Positions 1-9,486 of a DNA stretch of 64,000 nucleotides are shown here, piece by piece. Each line of letters opens with the position of its first letter. The stretch's first letter is position 1. The notes below the pieces were generated by a model. It worked only from the letters and a program-made list of their open reading frames with translations. It had not been told where the DNA came from and searched no databases. The translations under genes were made by a program, and so were the position numbers. Where the stretch lies: the NCBI GenBank assembly GCA_963676565.1, contig OY781089.1, positions 2,784,001-2,848,000 on the forward strand, given 5' to 3'. This DNA is from Halarcobacter sp. (lineage in GTDB: Bacteria; Campylobacterota; Campylobacteria; Campylobacterales; Arcobacteraceae).

Positions 1-833
1 TTTTTTATAGATAGTTTTATATCTTCAGACAATTTAGCTATTTTTGGGCCTATAATTCTTAAATTATCAATAGCCTTATTTTTTTCTGTGATATTAGTTA
101 CCACATCATTTAAGCCTTTATTATAAATATTAATTAGTTCAATAGCTTGAGCTAAATCTTTTTGTCTATCTGGATTTTGAATCTTTTTTTGTACATGTGA
201 TAGTTCAGTTTTTAAAAGGTTGAACTCTTTAATAGTTCTATTTGCATCCTCTTCTTTATTTGAATCAAGAAATTTAACTGCAAATAATCTTCCAAGTAAA
301 AGGACTCTTATTGTATGTGCAGTTTCTAAAGAAGCTTCAATATTCCCATCTTTTTCAGCTGATAACATGACATCTGTTAAAAGTTTTTCTATTTTATTAC
401 CATTAATATTTAAATTGTTTTCTACAATCTTATCTCTAGCTTTTGTAAAATCAACTACTTTATAGAAATCATCTTTATATATTTTAAGATTTTCTTCTAA
501 TTGAATAACATGTTTTGCTCTAGAAGGAGCTTTAATCTCTTCTCGTGCATCTTTAACAAATTTATCAGTTAAATCATAATATTTGTGGAAACCATCTATA
601 TCTTTTTGTTCATGACTAGAGAAATATCTTATTACATTCATTCTAACCATCAACATATTAGCTTGTACTCCTGAAGCAAGCCCAGCATCATTTGCCATCT
701 CTCTATATTCAGTAAATCCTTTACCTGATTTTGAAGAACCTAAAATACTATTACTAGCTAAAATAATTACTAAAATAGCAATAATCCCAAAGGATAATAT
801 AAGCTTCATTTTAATTGACATATTTTTTAACAT
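1..833 (-). CDS. Probable methyl-accepting chemotaxis protein, N-terminal part (runs off the window edge)
   Basis: Not in the ORF track. Manual translation from ATG 833 (AAGGA upstream): MLKNMSIKMKLILSFGIIAILVIILAS..., one TM helix then a long helical sensor region (EYREMANDAGLASGVQANMLMVRMNV). The signalling domain is outside the window, so a sensor kinase is not excluded. Confidence 0.65.
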   Translation of the reverse strand, partial: MLKNMSIKMKLILSFGIIAILVIILASNSILGSSKSGKGFTEYREMANDAGLASGVQANMLMVRMNVIRYFSSHEQKDIDGFHKYYDLTDKFVKDAREEIKAPSRAKHVIQLEENLKIYKDDFYKVVDFTKARDKIVENNLNINGNKIEKLLTDVMLSAEKDGNIEASLETAHTIRVLLLGRLFAVKFLDSNKEEDANRTIKEFNLLKTELSHVQKKIQNPDRQKDLAQAIELINIYNKGLNDVVTNITEKNKAIDNLRIIGPKIAKLSEDIKLSIK

Positions 834-1081
834 TTTTCATCCTTTTATCTTATTTTCTTGACTTAAATTTTTATTTAATTTGTTTTAATATTTAACAGAT
901 AAAGTAATCAGGCAAAATGCTTAATTATTTTTTTGATACAATTCTTATATTATTTTAAAAATAAGCTTAATTATTTATTAATTATGATGTAATATATTAT
1001 ATTTATTTAAACAAATAGATCTCAAAATAAGGGCATAAAAAAGTAACTTCGAAACATAATAGATACAAAAACTCTATTAAA

Positions 1082-1918
1082 TTAATATTTTGAAAATTGT
1101 CTAAGATTGCATAACCCTTGGTACTGGGGGAATTCACTATTTATATCTAAAAAGTTTTTTGGAGTTGATGCTGTAAGACTTTTAAATTCCCTTATAAAAT
1201 GGGAGTGATTAGAGAAGTTTTGTTCAATTGCTAGTTCTTTAAATTTTGTATCATGCTCTCTGAATTTTATATAATCTAAAATAGAATAGAATCTTCCTAT
1301 TCTACTCAAAAATTTTGGAGTTAATCCTGTGGTTTTTTTCAAATTTCTTTCTATTTGTCTTACTGATAAATTTTGAGATTTGAAAAAGGCATCTAAATCT
1401 CCATCTTTATATAGTTTGTTTATAGTACATAAAGTTTCATTTTTATTGAAATTGGATTTATAAAATAGATCTATCAAAAAGTTATTTAGTTCGTTGTAAA
1501 CTTTTGTTTTATCATGTTTGCAGTTGTATATTCTTTCTAAAAATGATGAATCAAGCTTTATTGAAAGATCGTCTAAAGTGTACATGGTATCTATTAATTC
1601 ATCCACTGCAATATTAAAAAGTTTATAAAATACACTTGGATTTAACTGTATATCAATAAAATATGCATCATCACTCACATAAGCAAAGTATGATTTCATC
1701 ACAGGAGGATGAACATAGATACCCCTTTTCATCTCTCCATTTTTATAAAGACTAAAGTTTATTTCCCCATCTAGTACTATAAAAACAGTTGCACACCCAT
1801 CAGGAATAATTTTTTGACAATTGATAAGATTACCATTACCATCTCCTTCTAAAAACCAAAAGACTTTTATCCAGTCTTTTAGTTTTTCGTGAGGAATTAG
1901 CATTGAAGATTTAAGCAT
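1082..1918 (-). CDS. AraC-family transcriptional regulator (DUF6597-like N-terminus)
   Basis: N-terminal IIPDG motif; C-terminal double HTH (LSVRQIERNLKKTTGLTPK ... SHFIREFKSLTASTP). Confidence 0.85.
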   Translation of the reverse strand: MLKSSMLIPHEKLKDWIKVFWFLEGDGNGNLINCQKIIPDGCATVFIVLDGEINFSLYKNGEMKRGIYVHPPVMKSYFAYVSDDAYFIDIQLNPSVFYKLFNIAVDELIDTMYTLDDLSIKLDSSFLERIYNCKHDKTKVYNELNNFLIDLFYKSNFNKNETLCTINKLYKDGDLDAFFKSQNLSVRQIERNLKKTTGLTPKFLSRIGRFYSILDYIKFREHDTKFKELAIEQNFSNHSHFIREFKSLTASTPKNFLDINSEFPQYQGLCNLRQFSKY

Positions 1919-1965
1919 CTAAAACCTTAATTTTTTAATAAGCTAATTATAATATATTCTACTTT

Positions 1966-3375
1966 TTAAGCTAATTCATGGGCTAAATCTGACTCAGCTT
2001 GCTCAAGCATTGCAAACTCTTCATCTGCTGTTTTAGCAACTAAATGGTTTTTACTATATAAGAAGTAATATAAAGCACCAATTACATAAAGAATAATTGT
2101 ATAAAAAAATGCTCTAGGATCAAATGCATAAACACCTGTTAAAGCGATTAAAGATAAAACAAATGCTATACCTGAAGTTACAGTACCACCTGGAGTTTTG
2201 TATGGTCTTGGCATCTCTGGGTTTTTAACTCTTAATAAAATATGACTTAAAGACATTAAAGCATATGAAATTGTTGCACCCACTACTGCCATAGCTAACA
2301 TTAGATCACCTTCACCACTTAAAGAAGCTAAGAAACCTAAAACACCTGGAACAATTAAAGCCCAAGTTGGAGTTTTTCTTTTACTAGTTAGTGATAAAAA
2401 TTGTGGTAAATATCCTGCACGTGAAAGTGCAAAAATCAATCTACTATATCCATAAATGATTGAGAAAAATGATGCAATTAATCCAGCTAATCCTAAAACA
2501 TTAACAGTTGTTGCTAATGTTGTATTTCCAGTTGCATTCAATGCATCTACTAAAGGCACTGCACTTTTACCAATTACTTCTGCTCCAGTTGCACTAGGAA
2601 CTAAAAATATAACTAATGCAGCAGTAAATAGTAAGAAAATCATTGCAGCGATGATACCTTTTGGTACATCTTTAGCTGGATCTTTTGCTTCTTCTGCTGC
2701 TAATGGAACACCCTCAACAGCCAAGAATAACCACATAGCAAAAGGTAATGCTGCCCAAACACCATACCAACCTAAAGGTAACATCTCAGTAGCTCCTGCA
2801 ACATCAGCTGAAGCAGCAATATCAAACAGTTTAGTAGAATCAAAATCACCTAAAAGTGCAACAGCAGTTGCTAAAATTGCAAATACAGCTAAACCACTAA
2901 TCACCATCATTGTTTTAAGTGCTTCACCAGCACCAATTAAATGAATAGCAATAAATACAGCATAAAATAATGCATAAACAATAGGACCATTGAATCCCGT
3001 CAAAGCTTCAACGGCAGAACCAATAAATATTACAATAGCAGCAGGTGCTAAAGCATACTCAATCAAGATAGCTAGACCAGTTAAAAAACCACCAGCTGGT
3101 CCCATAACTTGTCTAGCAAAACTATATCCACCACCAGCGGCAGGGATTGAAGCTGACATTTCTGCTAAAGATAATACTAAACAAAAATACATTAAAGCCA
3201 TTAAACCCGCAGCGATTGAAAATCCTCCCCAACCAGCTTCAGCTATACCAAAGTTCCATCCTGCAAAATCCCCTGAAATCACATATGAAATCCCTAAACC
3301 TGCTAATAAAATCCAACCAGCAGTACCTCTTTTTAGTTGCCTTTTAGCAAGATAATCTTGATTTAAATTACTCAT
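1966..3375 (-). CDS. eat: Ethanolamine permease (APC family)
   Basis: Multi-TM protein with YVISGDFAGWNFG and WLFLAVEGVPLAAEE motifs; directly after eutBC. Confidence 0.93.
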   Translation of the reverse strand: MSNLNQDYLAKRQLKRGTAGWILLAGLGISYVISGDFAGWNFGIAEAGWGGFSIAAGLMALMYFCLVLSLAEMSASIPAAGGGYSFARQVMGPAGGFLTGLAILIEYALAPAAIVIFIGSAVEALTGFNGPIVYALFYAVFIAIHLIGAGEALKTMMVISGLAVFAILATAVALLGDFDSTKLFDIAASADVAGATEMLPLGWYGVWAALPFAMWLFLAVEGVPLAAEEAKDPAKDVPKGIIAAMIFLLFTAALVIFLVPSATGAEVIGKSAVPLVDALNATGNTTLATTVNVLGLAGLIASFFSIIYGYSRLIFALSRAGYLPQFLSLTSKRKTPTWALIVPGVLGFLASLSGEGDLMLAMAVVGATISYALMSLSHILLRVKNPEMPRPYKTPGGTVTSGIAFVLSLIALTGVYAFDPRAFFYTIILYVIGALYYFLYSKNHLVAKTADEEFAMLEQAESDLAHELA

Positions 3376-3384
3376 TTTCTTTCC

Positions 3385-4239
3385 TTATTTTATTAAAAAA
3401 TTTTCTTCATTTATATTGTTTTCTATAATATTGTTTGTTGTTCTATCTTTTAGGTTTACACCTGATAATTCAAGTCTTCTTGACTCTTTTAATAGATACA
3501 TTGTTTTCTTTATTGCCTCTTCATATGATAATCCCTCATTTCTAATATTTGATATACAGTTTCTACTTTCATCAGTAAGTCCAACTTTCGGATTGTAAGT
3601 TAAATATAATCCCATACTATCAGGAGAACTAAGTCCTGGTCTTTCACCAATTAATACAATAGAAGTTTTAGAGTTTAATATCTCTCCAACCTCATCTCCA
3701 ATAGCGACTCTTCCTTGCAAAACTATAGTGATTGGTGCAATATTCCAATTTTGCGAATCTGTATTTAATTCTTCAATAAGCTTTTTTATAAATATTGAAG
3801 AATTTTCTTTGATTGCAAGAGAAGATAAACCATCCACTACTACAATTGATAAATCATATTTTTCATTTTTTAAAGTATTTACTTTTTTTAATGTTTCGAT
3901 TGATTTTTTATCTAATCTTCTTCCTAAATCTGGTCTTTGAAGGTAAGTTGTTCTATTTATTGCTTGGGAATGCAATAGTATTGGTGTAAATATCTCTTGC
4001 TCTTGATTTAAAATAAGATTTGCATTTTCTAGTTGCTCAATAACTGTCTCAACATCTAAAGGAAGATGGACAGCATCTTGTGCTTGTGCGTGGGCTAGTT
4101 GAAACTCTAAAGAATGAGAAGTTGGAATACTAACTCCTGCCCGTCCTAAACCAATTCTAGCATCAGTATAATCTCTAAGGGCAGACCATGGGTTTTCAAT
4201 AACATTTTGTTTATCATTTGCTTTTTTAATATTACCCAT
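3385..4239 (-). CDS. eutC: Ethanolamine ammonia-lyase small subunit
   Basis: TDARIGLGRAG, YLQRPDLGR, LIGERPGLSSPDSMG and RNCISNI motifs. Confidence 0.96.
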   Translation of the reverse strand: MGNIKKANDKQNVIENPWSALRDYTDARIGLGRAGVSIPTSHSLEFQLAHAQAQDAVHLPLDVETVIEQLENANLILNQEQEIFTPILLHSQAINRTTYLQRPDLGRRLDKKSIETLKKVNTLKNEKYDLSIVVVDGLSSLAIKENSSIFIKKLIEELNTDSQNWNIAPITIVLQGRVAIGDEVGEILNSKTSIVLIGERPGLSSPDSMGLYLTYNPKVGLTDESRNCISNIRNEGLSYEEAIKKTMYLLKESRRLELSGVNLKDRTTNNIIENNINEENFLIK

Positions 4240-5639
4240 TAGTTTGTTCCTATTGCATTTGATAGTGAATTAGAAAATGTCTTAGGCATTTTGTCATTTA
4301 AAATGAAATCATCCATATTTTTAAAGATTTCCATTTTTTCCAACCATGCTGTAAATTCAGGTGCTGGCTTTAGATTTAAAACTTTTCTAGCATATAAAGC
4401 ATCATGGAAAGAGGTAGTTTGATAATTAAGCATAATATCATCACTTCCAGGAATACCCATTATAAAATTACACCCTGCAACACTTAAAAGTGTTAATAGA
4501 TTATCCATATCGTTTTGGTCTGCATCGGCATGGTTTGTATAGCATATGTCACACCCCATAGGAACACCTAACAGTTTCCCACAAAAATGATCTTCTAATC
4601 CAGCTCTTGTAATCTCTTTTCCATCAAACAGATACTCAGGACCTATAAAACCTACAACAGTATTTACCAAAAGAGGATCAAATTTTTTAGCTACGGCATA
4701 AGCTCTAGCTTCACATGTTTGTTGGTCAAGACCAAAGTTTGCATTTGCTGATAGGGAACTTCCTTGACCTGTTTCAAAATACATTACATTGTTTCCAACT
4801 GTACCTCTATTTAGAGATAATGCCGCTTCATGTGCCTCTTTTAAAATACTTAAGCTTACACCAAAACTTGAGTTTGTAGCCTCTGTTCCTCCAATAGATT
4901 GAAACACTAAATCAACTGGAGCTTTTTTCTCAATTGCTTCAATTGTATTTGTAACATGAGTTAAAACACATGATTGGGTTGGTATTTCATATTTTTGGAT
5001 AACATCATCCATAAGCTTAAGCAGCTTTATTGTTTGCTCAACATTATCTGTTGCTGGATTTATTCCAATTACTGCATCACCATTTCCATATAATAATCCA
5101 TCTAAAATACTTGCAGCAATTCCTCTTACATCATCAGTTGGGTGGTTTGGTTGAAGTCTAGTAGAGAGTTGATTTGCTAAGCCAATTGTATTTCTAAAAG
5201 ATGTAACAACTGGGCATTTTTTAGCTACTAAAATTAAATCTTGATTTCTCATAATCTTACTAACAGCAGCTACCATTTCAGGTGTGATTCCATCTCTTAC
5301 ATATTTTATTACATCTGGTGTAGTTTCATCGCTTAATAACCAGTTTCTAAAATCACCTACAGTTAAATGAGAAATTGGTTCAAAGGCCTCTTTATCATGC
5401 CCATCAATAATAAGTCTTGTAATTTCATCATCCTCATAAGGAACTAAAGCTTCAGTTAAAAAGTTTTTTAAAGGAACTTCAGCCAATCTCATTTGAGCTA
5501 TCACTCTTTCTTGAGAAGAAAGAGCTGAAACTCCTGCTAATAAATCACCTGAACGCTTTGGAGTTGCCTTAGCCATTAAATCAGCCAAATTTTTAAAAGT
5601 ATAAGTCCTATTTCCTAAAACATATTTATAACTATTCAT
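4239..5639 (-). CDS. eutB: Ethanolamine ammonia-lyase large subunit
   Basis: RLQPNHPTDD, MYFETGQGS, GLEDHFCGKL and GCDICYTNH motifs. Confidence 0.97.
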   Translation of the reverse strand: MNSYKYVLGNRTYTFKNLADLMAKATPKRSGDLLAGVSALSSQERVIAQMRLAEVPLKNFLTEALVPYEDDEITRLIIDGHDKEAFEPISHLTVGDFRNWLLSDETTPDVIKYVRDGITPEMVAAVSKIMRNQDLILVAKKCPVVTSFRNTIGLANQLSTRLQPNHPTDDVRGIAASILDGLLYGNGDAVIGINPATDNVEQTIKLLKLMDDVIQKYEIPTQSCVLTHVTNTIEAIEKKAPVDLVFQSIGGTEATNSSFGVSLSILKEAHEAALSLNRGTVGNNVMYFETGQGSSLSANANFGLDQQTCEARAYAVAKKFDPLLVNTVVGFIGPEYLFDGKEITRAGLEDHFCGKLLGVPMGCDICYTNHADADQNDMDNLLTLLSVAGCNFIMGIPGSDDIMLNYQTTSFHDALYARKVLNLKPAPEFTAWLEKMEIFKNMDDFILNDKMPKTFSNSLSNAIGTN

Positions 5640-6046
5640 ATTTATTTACTTTATATAATTAAAGTATTTATCCTTTCTTTTATAAAAAAATCACTACGAA
5701 ATGAATTCACATATGTAGTTTGATAAACACATTTTATACTATATTTAACAAACTAGAATGTGTAAGTTTGTATATTTTTTAGAATGCTTTTTTTATAATA
5801 TTTTTTGATTATTTTAAAAGTATATAAAATATTTGTTTTTTAATTAAGTCCCATATAGTAGTAACTTCTATATATAAAAACTTATCAATTAAAATTATTT
5901 CATTTTTAATATCAAATAAAATTTTTCATCAAATTTTTTTATACTTTTTTTGTGATGTCGTTTTTTTGTTATGCTTTTAATTGACTCAAGGGATTGTTGG
6001 TAAATTGATTTGTTTTAATATAAATAAAACAATAAGATATATTAAA

Positions 6047-6078
6047 ATATCAAAGCCAAAATAATTTGGCTTTGATAT
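6047..6078 (-). terminator. Hairpin terminator after katA-ankyrin
   Basis: Perfect 14-bp inverted repeat ATATCAAAGCCAAA-ataa-TTTGGCTTTGATAT, 6 nt after the ankyrin stop. Confidence 0.8.
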
Positions 6079-6084
6079 CATTAA

Positions 6085-6564
6085 TTAATTTTTTTTCTTT
6101 TTAAAGTTTTCAATAAACTTTGAAAAGCCTAAATAAAACTTTGATTTAAGATTATTATTTTGTGAAGTTAAAAACTCAACAATTTCAGTATGACCAAACA
6201 TACTTGCAAAGGTTATGGGTGTAGTTCCCATTCCATTATTTTCATGAATGTTTGCACCTGCTTTTACAAGAATTTTAACAATGTCTAAATATCCTTTGAA
6301 ACAAACACCAGCTAAAGGTGTTTGTCCCCTGTCGTTTTTTTGATCTACCAAAGCTCCATAACTTAGTATCATTTCTGTAGTTTCTATATTACCATTGTAA
6401 GAAGCTAACATCAAAATAGAATTACCTTTATGGTCGCATAAGTTTTCTGACATACCTGCATTTAACATCAATTTTAAATCTTCAGTTTTTCCGTACCTTG
6501 CATAATCAAGTGCAATTACTTGAAGTTCCTCATATCTATTTAATTCATCTACTGTAAATGTCAT
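6085..6564 (-). CDS. Catalase-associated ankyrin repeat protein (AnkB/Cj1386-like)
   Basis: Ankyrin repeats (GNSILMLASYNG, GQTPLAGVCFKG, GTTPITFASMFG); 1 nt after katA. Confidence 0.9.
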   Translation of the reverse strand: MTFTVDELNRYEELQVIALDYARYGKTEDLKLMLNAGMSENLCDHKGNSILMLASYNGNIETTEMILSYGALVDQKNDRGQTPLAGVCFKGYLDIVKILVKAGANIHENNGMGTTPITFASMFGHTEIVEFLTSQNNNLKSKFYLGFSKFIENFKKKKN

Positions 6565-6565
6565 T

Positions 6566-7993
6566 TTATACTCCTAATGCTTTTTTAACTCCAGTTGCAT
6601 AATCTGGATGTACCTTTTCAAATAAAGCAATTTGTCTATCAATAATATCTTGAGGAACTCCATCCATTGCATCTTTAATATTGTTGAACAACTGCTCTTT
6701 TTGGTTTTCACTCATTAAAGTAAATAGTGCAGTAACTTGAGTAAAATCATCATTTCCAACTCTATGGTCATATCTATCAGCTATATCACCTACTTCTAAT
6801 TGTGGCTCAGAATATTTTTTGTCTTCAACTGGTCCATTAAAACTATTTGGTTCATAGTATGCATCTGTTCTTTCTCTTTGCTCAAAATTCATACTTCCAT
6901 CTGCATTATAAGTATTTACATCAACTATTGGTCTATTTACTGGTAACATCTCATAGTGTGTTCCAACTCTATATCTATGAGCATCTGGGTAAGAGAAAAT
7001 TCTAGCTTGTAACATTTTATCTGGTGAGAATCCAATACCTGGAACTACATTTGATGGAGAAAATGAAGCTTGTTCTATTTCGTTAAAATAGTTTTTAGGA
7101 TTTTCATTTAAAGTCATTTCACCAACTTTGATCATTGGATAATCTCCATGAGGCCAAACTTTTGTCAAGTCAAATGGGTTAAAATTAGATTCTTTTGCCT
7201 GCTCTTCTGTCATAACTTGAATTTCAAAACTCCACTTAGGAAAGTTTTTATTTTCTATGTTTTCAAATAAATCTCTTTGATTTGATTCTCTATCTTTAGC
7301 TACAATCTCCTCTGCTTCTTTATTTGTAATAGTTTCAATTCCTTGTTTTGTTTTGAAGTGAAATTTAACCCAAACTCTTTTACCTTCGTCATTAATTAAA
7401 CTATATGTATGTGAACCATATCCATTTACATGTCTATATGATTTTGGAAGTCCTCTATCAGACATTAAAATTGTTACTTGATGCAGACTTTCTGGACTTA
7501 ATGACCAAAAATCCCAAGCAGCTGTATTACTTCTTAGATTTGAAACGGGATGTCTTTTTTGGGTATGTATAAAATCAGGAAATTTATATGCATCTCTAAT
7601 AAAAAAAACAGGAGTATTATTACCAACTAAATCCCAATTACCTTCTTTTGTATAGAATTTAAGAGCAAATCCTCTTACATCTCTTTCTGCATCTGCTGCT
7701 CCTTTTTCACCTGCAACAGTTGAGAATCTAAGTAAAAGTCTTGTTTTTTCACCTTTTTGTAATACTTTTGCTTTAGTATATTTTGAAATATCTTCTGTGA
7801 TTTCTAAAACACCATATGCCCCACTACCTTTTGCATGAACTACTCTTTCTGGAATTCTTTCTCTATTTTGATGAGCTAGTTTTTCAATTAATTGATAGTC
7901 TTCTAATAATACTGGCCCTCTTTGACCTGCTGTTTTAGAGTTTTGATTATCCGATATTGGATTACCAGCTGTTGTTGTTAATGTCTTTTTCAT
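6566..7993 (-). CDS. katA: Monofunctional heme catalase
   Basis: [13 protein letters not shown] distal His motif, [11 protein letters not shown], and proximal [12 protein letters not shown]. Confidence 0.97.
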   Translation of the reverse strand: MKKTLTTTAGNPISDNQNSKTAGQRGPVLLEDYQLIEKLAHQNRERIPERVVHAKGSGAYGVLEITEDISKYTKAKVLQKGEKTRLLLRFSTVAGEKGAADAERDVRGFALKFYTKEGNWDLVGNNTPVFFIRDAYKFPDFIHTQKRHPVSNLRSNTAAWDFWSLSPESLHQVTILMSDRGLPKSYRHVNGYGSHTYSLINDEGKRVWVKFHFKTKQGIETITNKEAEEIVAKDRESNQRDLFENIENKNFPKWSFEIQVMTEEQAKESNFNPFDLTKVWPHGDYPMIKVGEMTLNENPKNYFNEIEQASFSPSNVVPGIGFSPDKMLQARIFSYPDAHRYRVGTHYEMLPVNRPIVDVNTYNADGSMNFEQRERTDAYYEPNSFNGPVEDKKYSEPQLEVGDIADRYDHRVGNDDFTQVTALFTLMSENQKEQLFNNIKDAMDGVPQDIIDRQIALFEKVHPDYATGVKKALGV

Positions 7994-8010
7994 GAATATC
8001 CTTTTTTATT

Positions 8011-8025
8011 TGATAATTTTTATCT
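8011..8025. promoter_or_regulatory. Fur/PerR-like box upstream of katA
   Basis: TGATAAT-T-TTTATCT resembles the 7-1-7 TGATAATnATTATCA consensus; just upstream of the katA RBS. Confidence 0.6.
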
Positions 8026-8166
8026 TTTAATAAATTTATTCTACAAGTTAAAATATTAAATCTAAATATAATTAACATATTAAAAAGTGAAACTAAGTAA
8101 AAAACTATTTATAAAAAAAGGTAATAAATATAAAGAGATAGATATGTTTTGTAGCTAAAAAAAGGC

Positions 8167-8220
8167 AAAAAAAAAGCTTCTAGATAAAAGAACCTAAGTT
8201 CAAATATCTAAAAGCTTTTT
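8167..8220 (-). terminator. Intrinsic terminator of the tRNA operon
   Basis: AAAAAGCTTcTAGATA...TATCTAaAAGCTTTTT inverted repeat ending in a U-run on the minus strand. Confidence 0.7.
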
Positions 8221-8221
8221 A

Positions 8222-8296
8222 TGGCTCCGGCACCTGGATTCGAACCAGGGACCAAATGATTAACAGTCATCTACTCTACCACTGAGCTATGCCGGA
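8222..8296 (-). tRNA. tRNA-Asn (GTT)
   Basis: Reverse complement TCCGGCATAGCTCAGTGGTAGAGTAGATGACT-GTT-AATCATTTGGTCCCTGGTTCGAATCCAGGTGCCGGAGCCA; T-loop GGTTCGAA; encoded CCA. Confidence 0.97.
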
Positions 8297-8334
8297 ATTT
8301 AAAATTATAATGTCATTTGAAAGAAAGTTTTGAG

Positions 8335-8409
8335 TGGCTCCGGCACCTGGATTCGAACCAGGGACCAAATGATTAACAGTCATCTACTCTACCACTGAGC
8401 TATGCCGGA
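8335..8409 (-). tRNA. tRNA-Asn (GTT), identical second copy
   Basis: Same 75-nt sequence as 8222..8296. Confidence 0.97.
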
Positions 8410-8437
8410 AACTGTCTTCCTTTTCAAATGGGATGGA

Positions 8438-8466
8438 ATTATAGTAAAAAATATTTTCTTTGTCAA
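8438..8466 (-). promoter_or_regulatory. Consensus sigma70 promoter of the tRNA-Asn pair
   Basis: Minus strand TTGACA-N17-TATAAT (8466..8461 and 8443..8438). Confidence 0.88.
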
Positions 8467-8482
8467 GGATTTTTGGAAAAAA

Positions 8483-9400
8483 TTACGAAATTTTATAAAA
8501 ATTTAATCCACTGCTATTTGTTAGCTTAATTTCACCTTTTTTTACTAGTTTTTCTAGTAACTCTTTACTTTTAAGGTCAAACATATTTTCAACATCTTCA
8601 TTGGTTAAAGGTCGTCTTTTTAACATAGAAACAATCTCTTTTTCATCATAAGAGTTTATTTGTTTTGGTCTATTTTTAAAAGCAATATTTACATTTATAC
8701 CTTCAAATCTATTTGCTACTTTTTCAAGTAATTCAAATGTCACAGGTTTAACTTCATATGCAGGTGGTCTATCAATTGTACCTATATCCACTCTATGTGG
8801 ATTTATTTTTTTCACAGCATTATAAAGTAATTCTATCTCTTCATCTTTATCATTTAAAGTTTTTACAAATAGTATTTCAAGCACTAGTTTATTAGTAGTT
8901 TCAGTTCTAAATTTAGCCATTGAATCAATCATCGCATCAATATCAATACCCTCATGTATTCTATCAAGCTTTTTAAAACACTTCTCACTTACACAATCAA
9001 GGGATAGTTTTACAGTATCAAGTTTTAATAAGGCATTATAAATCTCAGGCTTATAAATAGTACTTCCATTTGAAAGTATCATTGTTTTTGTTTCACCTTT
9101 GATTTTATTGATTTCGTCAATTAATTCATCAAGTTTTGGATATAAAGTTGGTTCACCATTTGCTGTTATGGTTATAACATCAATTCTAGGGTGCTTATCA
9201 AGACTTTTTTGTATCTCATTGATAACTTCTTCAACTTTTGGATAAGTTGTCATTGTATCTACCGTTTTAGCTTTCTCAAGCTCACAATAAAGACAATCAA
9301 AGTTACATTGTTTTGATGAAGGTGAAAGATCAATTCCCAATGATATACCAAAACGCCTAGATGGAATTGGTCCAAAGATTATAGAGTTTGAATATCCCAT
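8483..9400 (-). CDS. Radical SAM protein of unknown function
   Basis: FGPIPSRRFGISLG, CNFDCLYC (CxxxCxxC) and GEPTL motifs. Confidence 0.9.
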   Translation of the reverse strand: MGYSNSIIFGPIPSRRFGISLGIDLSPSSKQCNFDCLYCELEKAKTVDTMTTYPKVEEVINEIQKSLDKHPRIDVITITANGEPTLYPKLDELIDEINKIKGETKTMILSNGSTIYKPEIYNALLKLDTVKLSLDCVSEKCFKKLDRIHEGIDIDAMIDSMAKFRTETTNKLVLEILFVKTLNDKDEEIELLYNAVKKINPHRVDIGTIDRPPAYEVKPVTFELLEKVANRFEGINVNIAFKNRPKQINSYDEKEIVSMLKRRPLTNEDVENMFDLKSKELLEKLVKKGEIKLTNSSGLNFYKIS

Positions 9401-9429
9401 AATAAATAGTTCCTTTAATTTTTAGAAAT

Positions 9430-9459
9430 AAAAAAAGAGAAGCTAAAAGCCTCTCTTTT
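9430..9459 (-). terminator. Intrinsic terminator after hemE
   Basis: Minus strand AAAAGAGAGGCT-TTT-AGCTTCTCTTTTTTT. Confidence 0.75.
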
Positions 9460-9486
9460 GAAAATATGTTTTAGTTAGTAAAAAAT

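Noticed and set aside
220..3940. Plus-strand ORFs 220..465, 2456..2944, 2990..3355, 3147..3347, 3416..3598 and 3728..3940
   Set aside because: Antisense shadows of well-supported minus-strand genes, with no recognisable motifs
5640..6046. Cobalamin riboswitch or ANTAR dual hairpin upstream of eutB
   Set aside because: No B12-box or conserved riboswitch core recognised by eye and the region is extremely AT-rich; an Infernal search would be needed to exclude it fully
1..8296. Genomic island integrated at tRNA-Asn
   Set aside because: No integrase and no separate duplicate of the tRNA 3' end seen in the window
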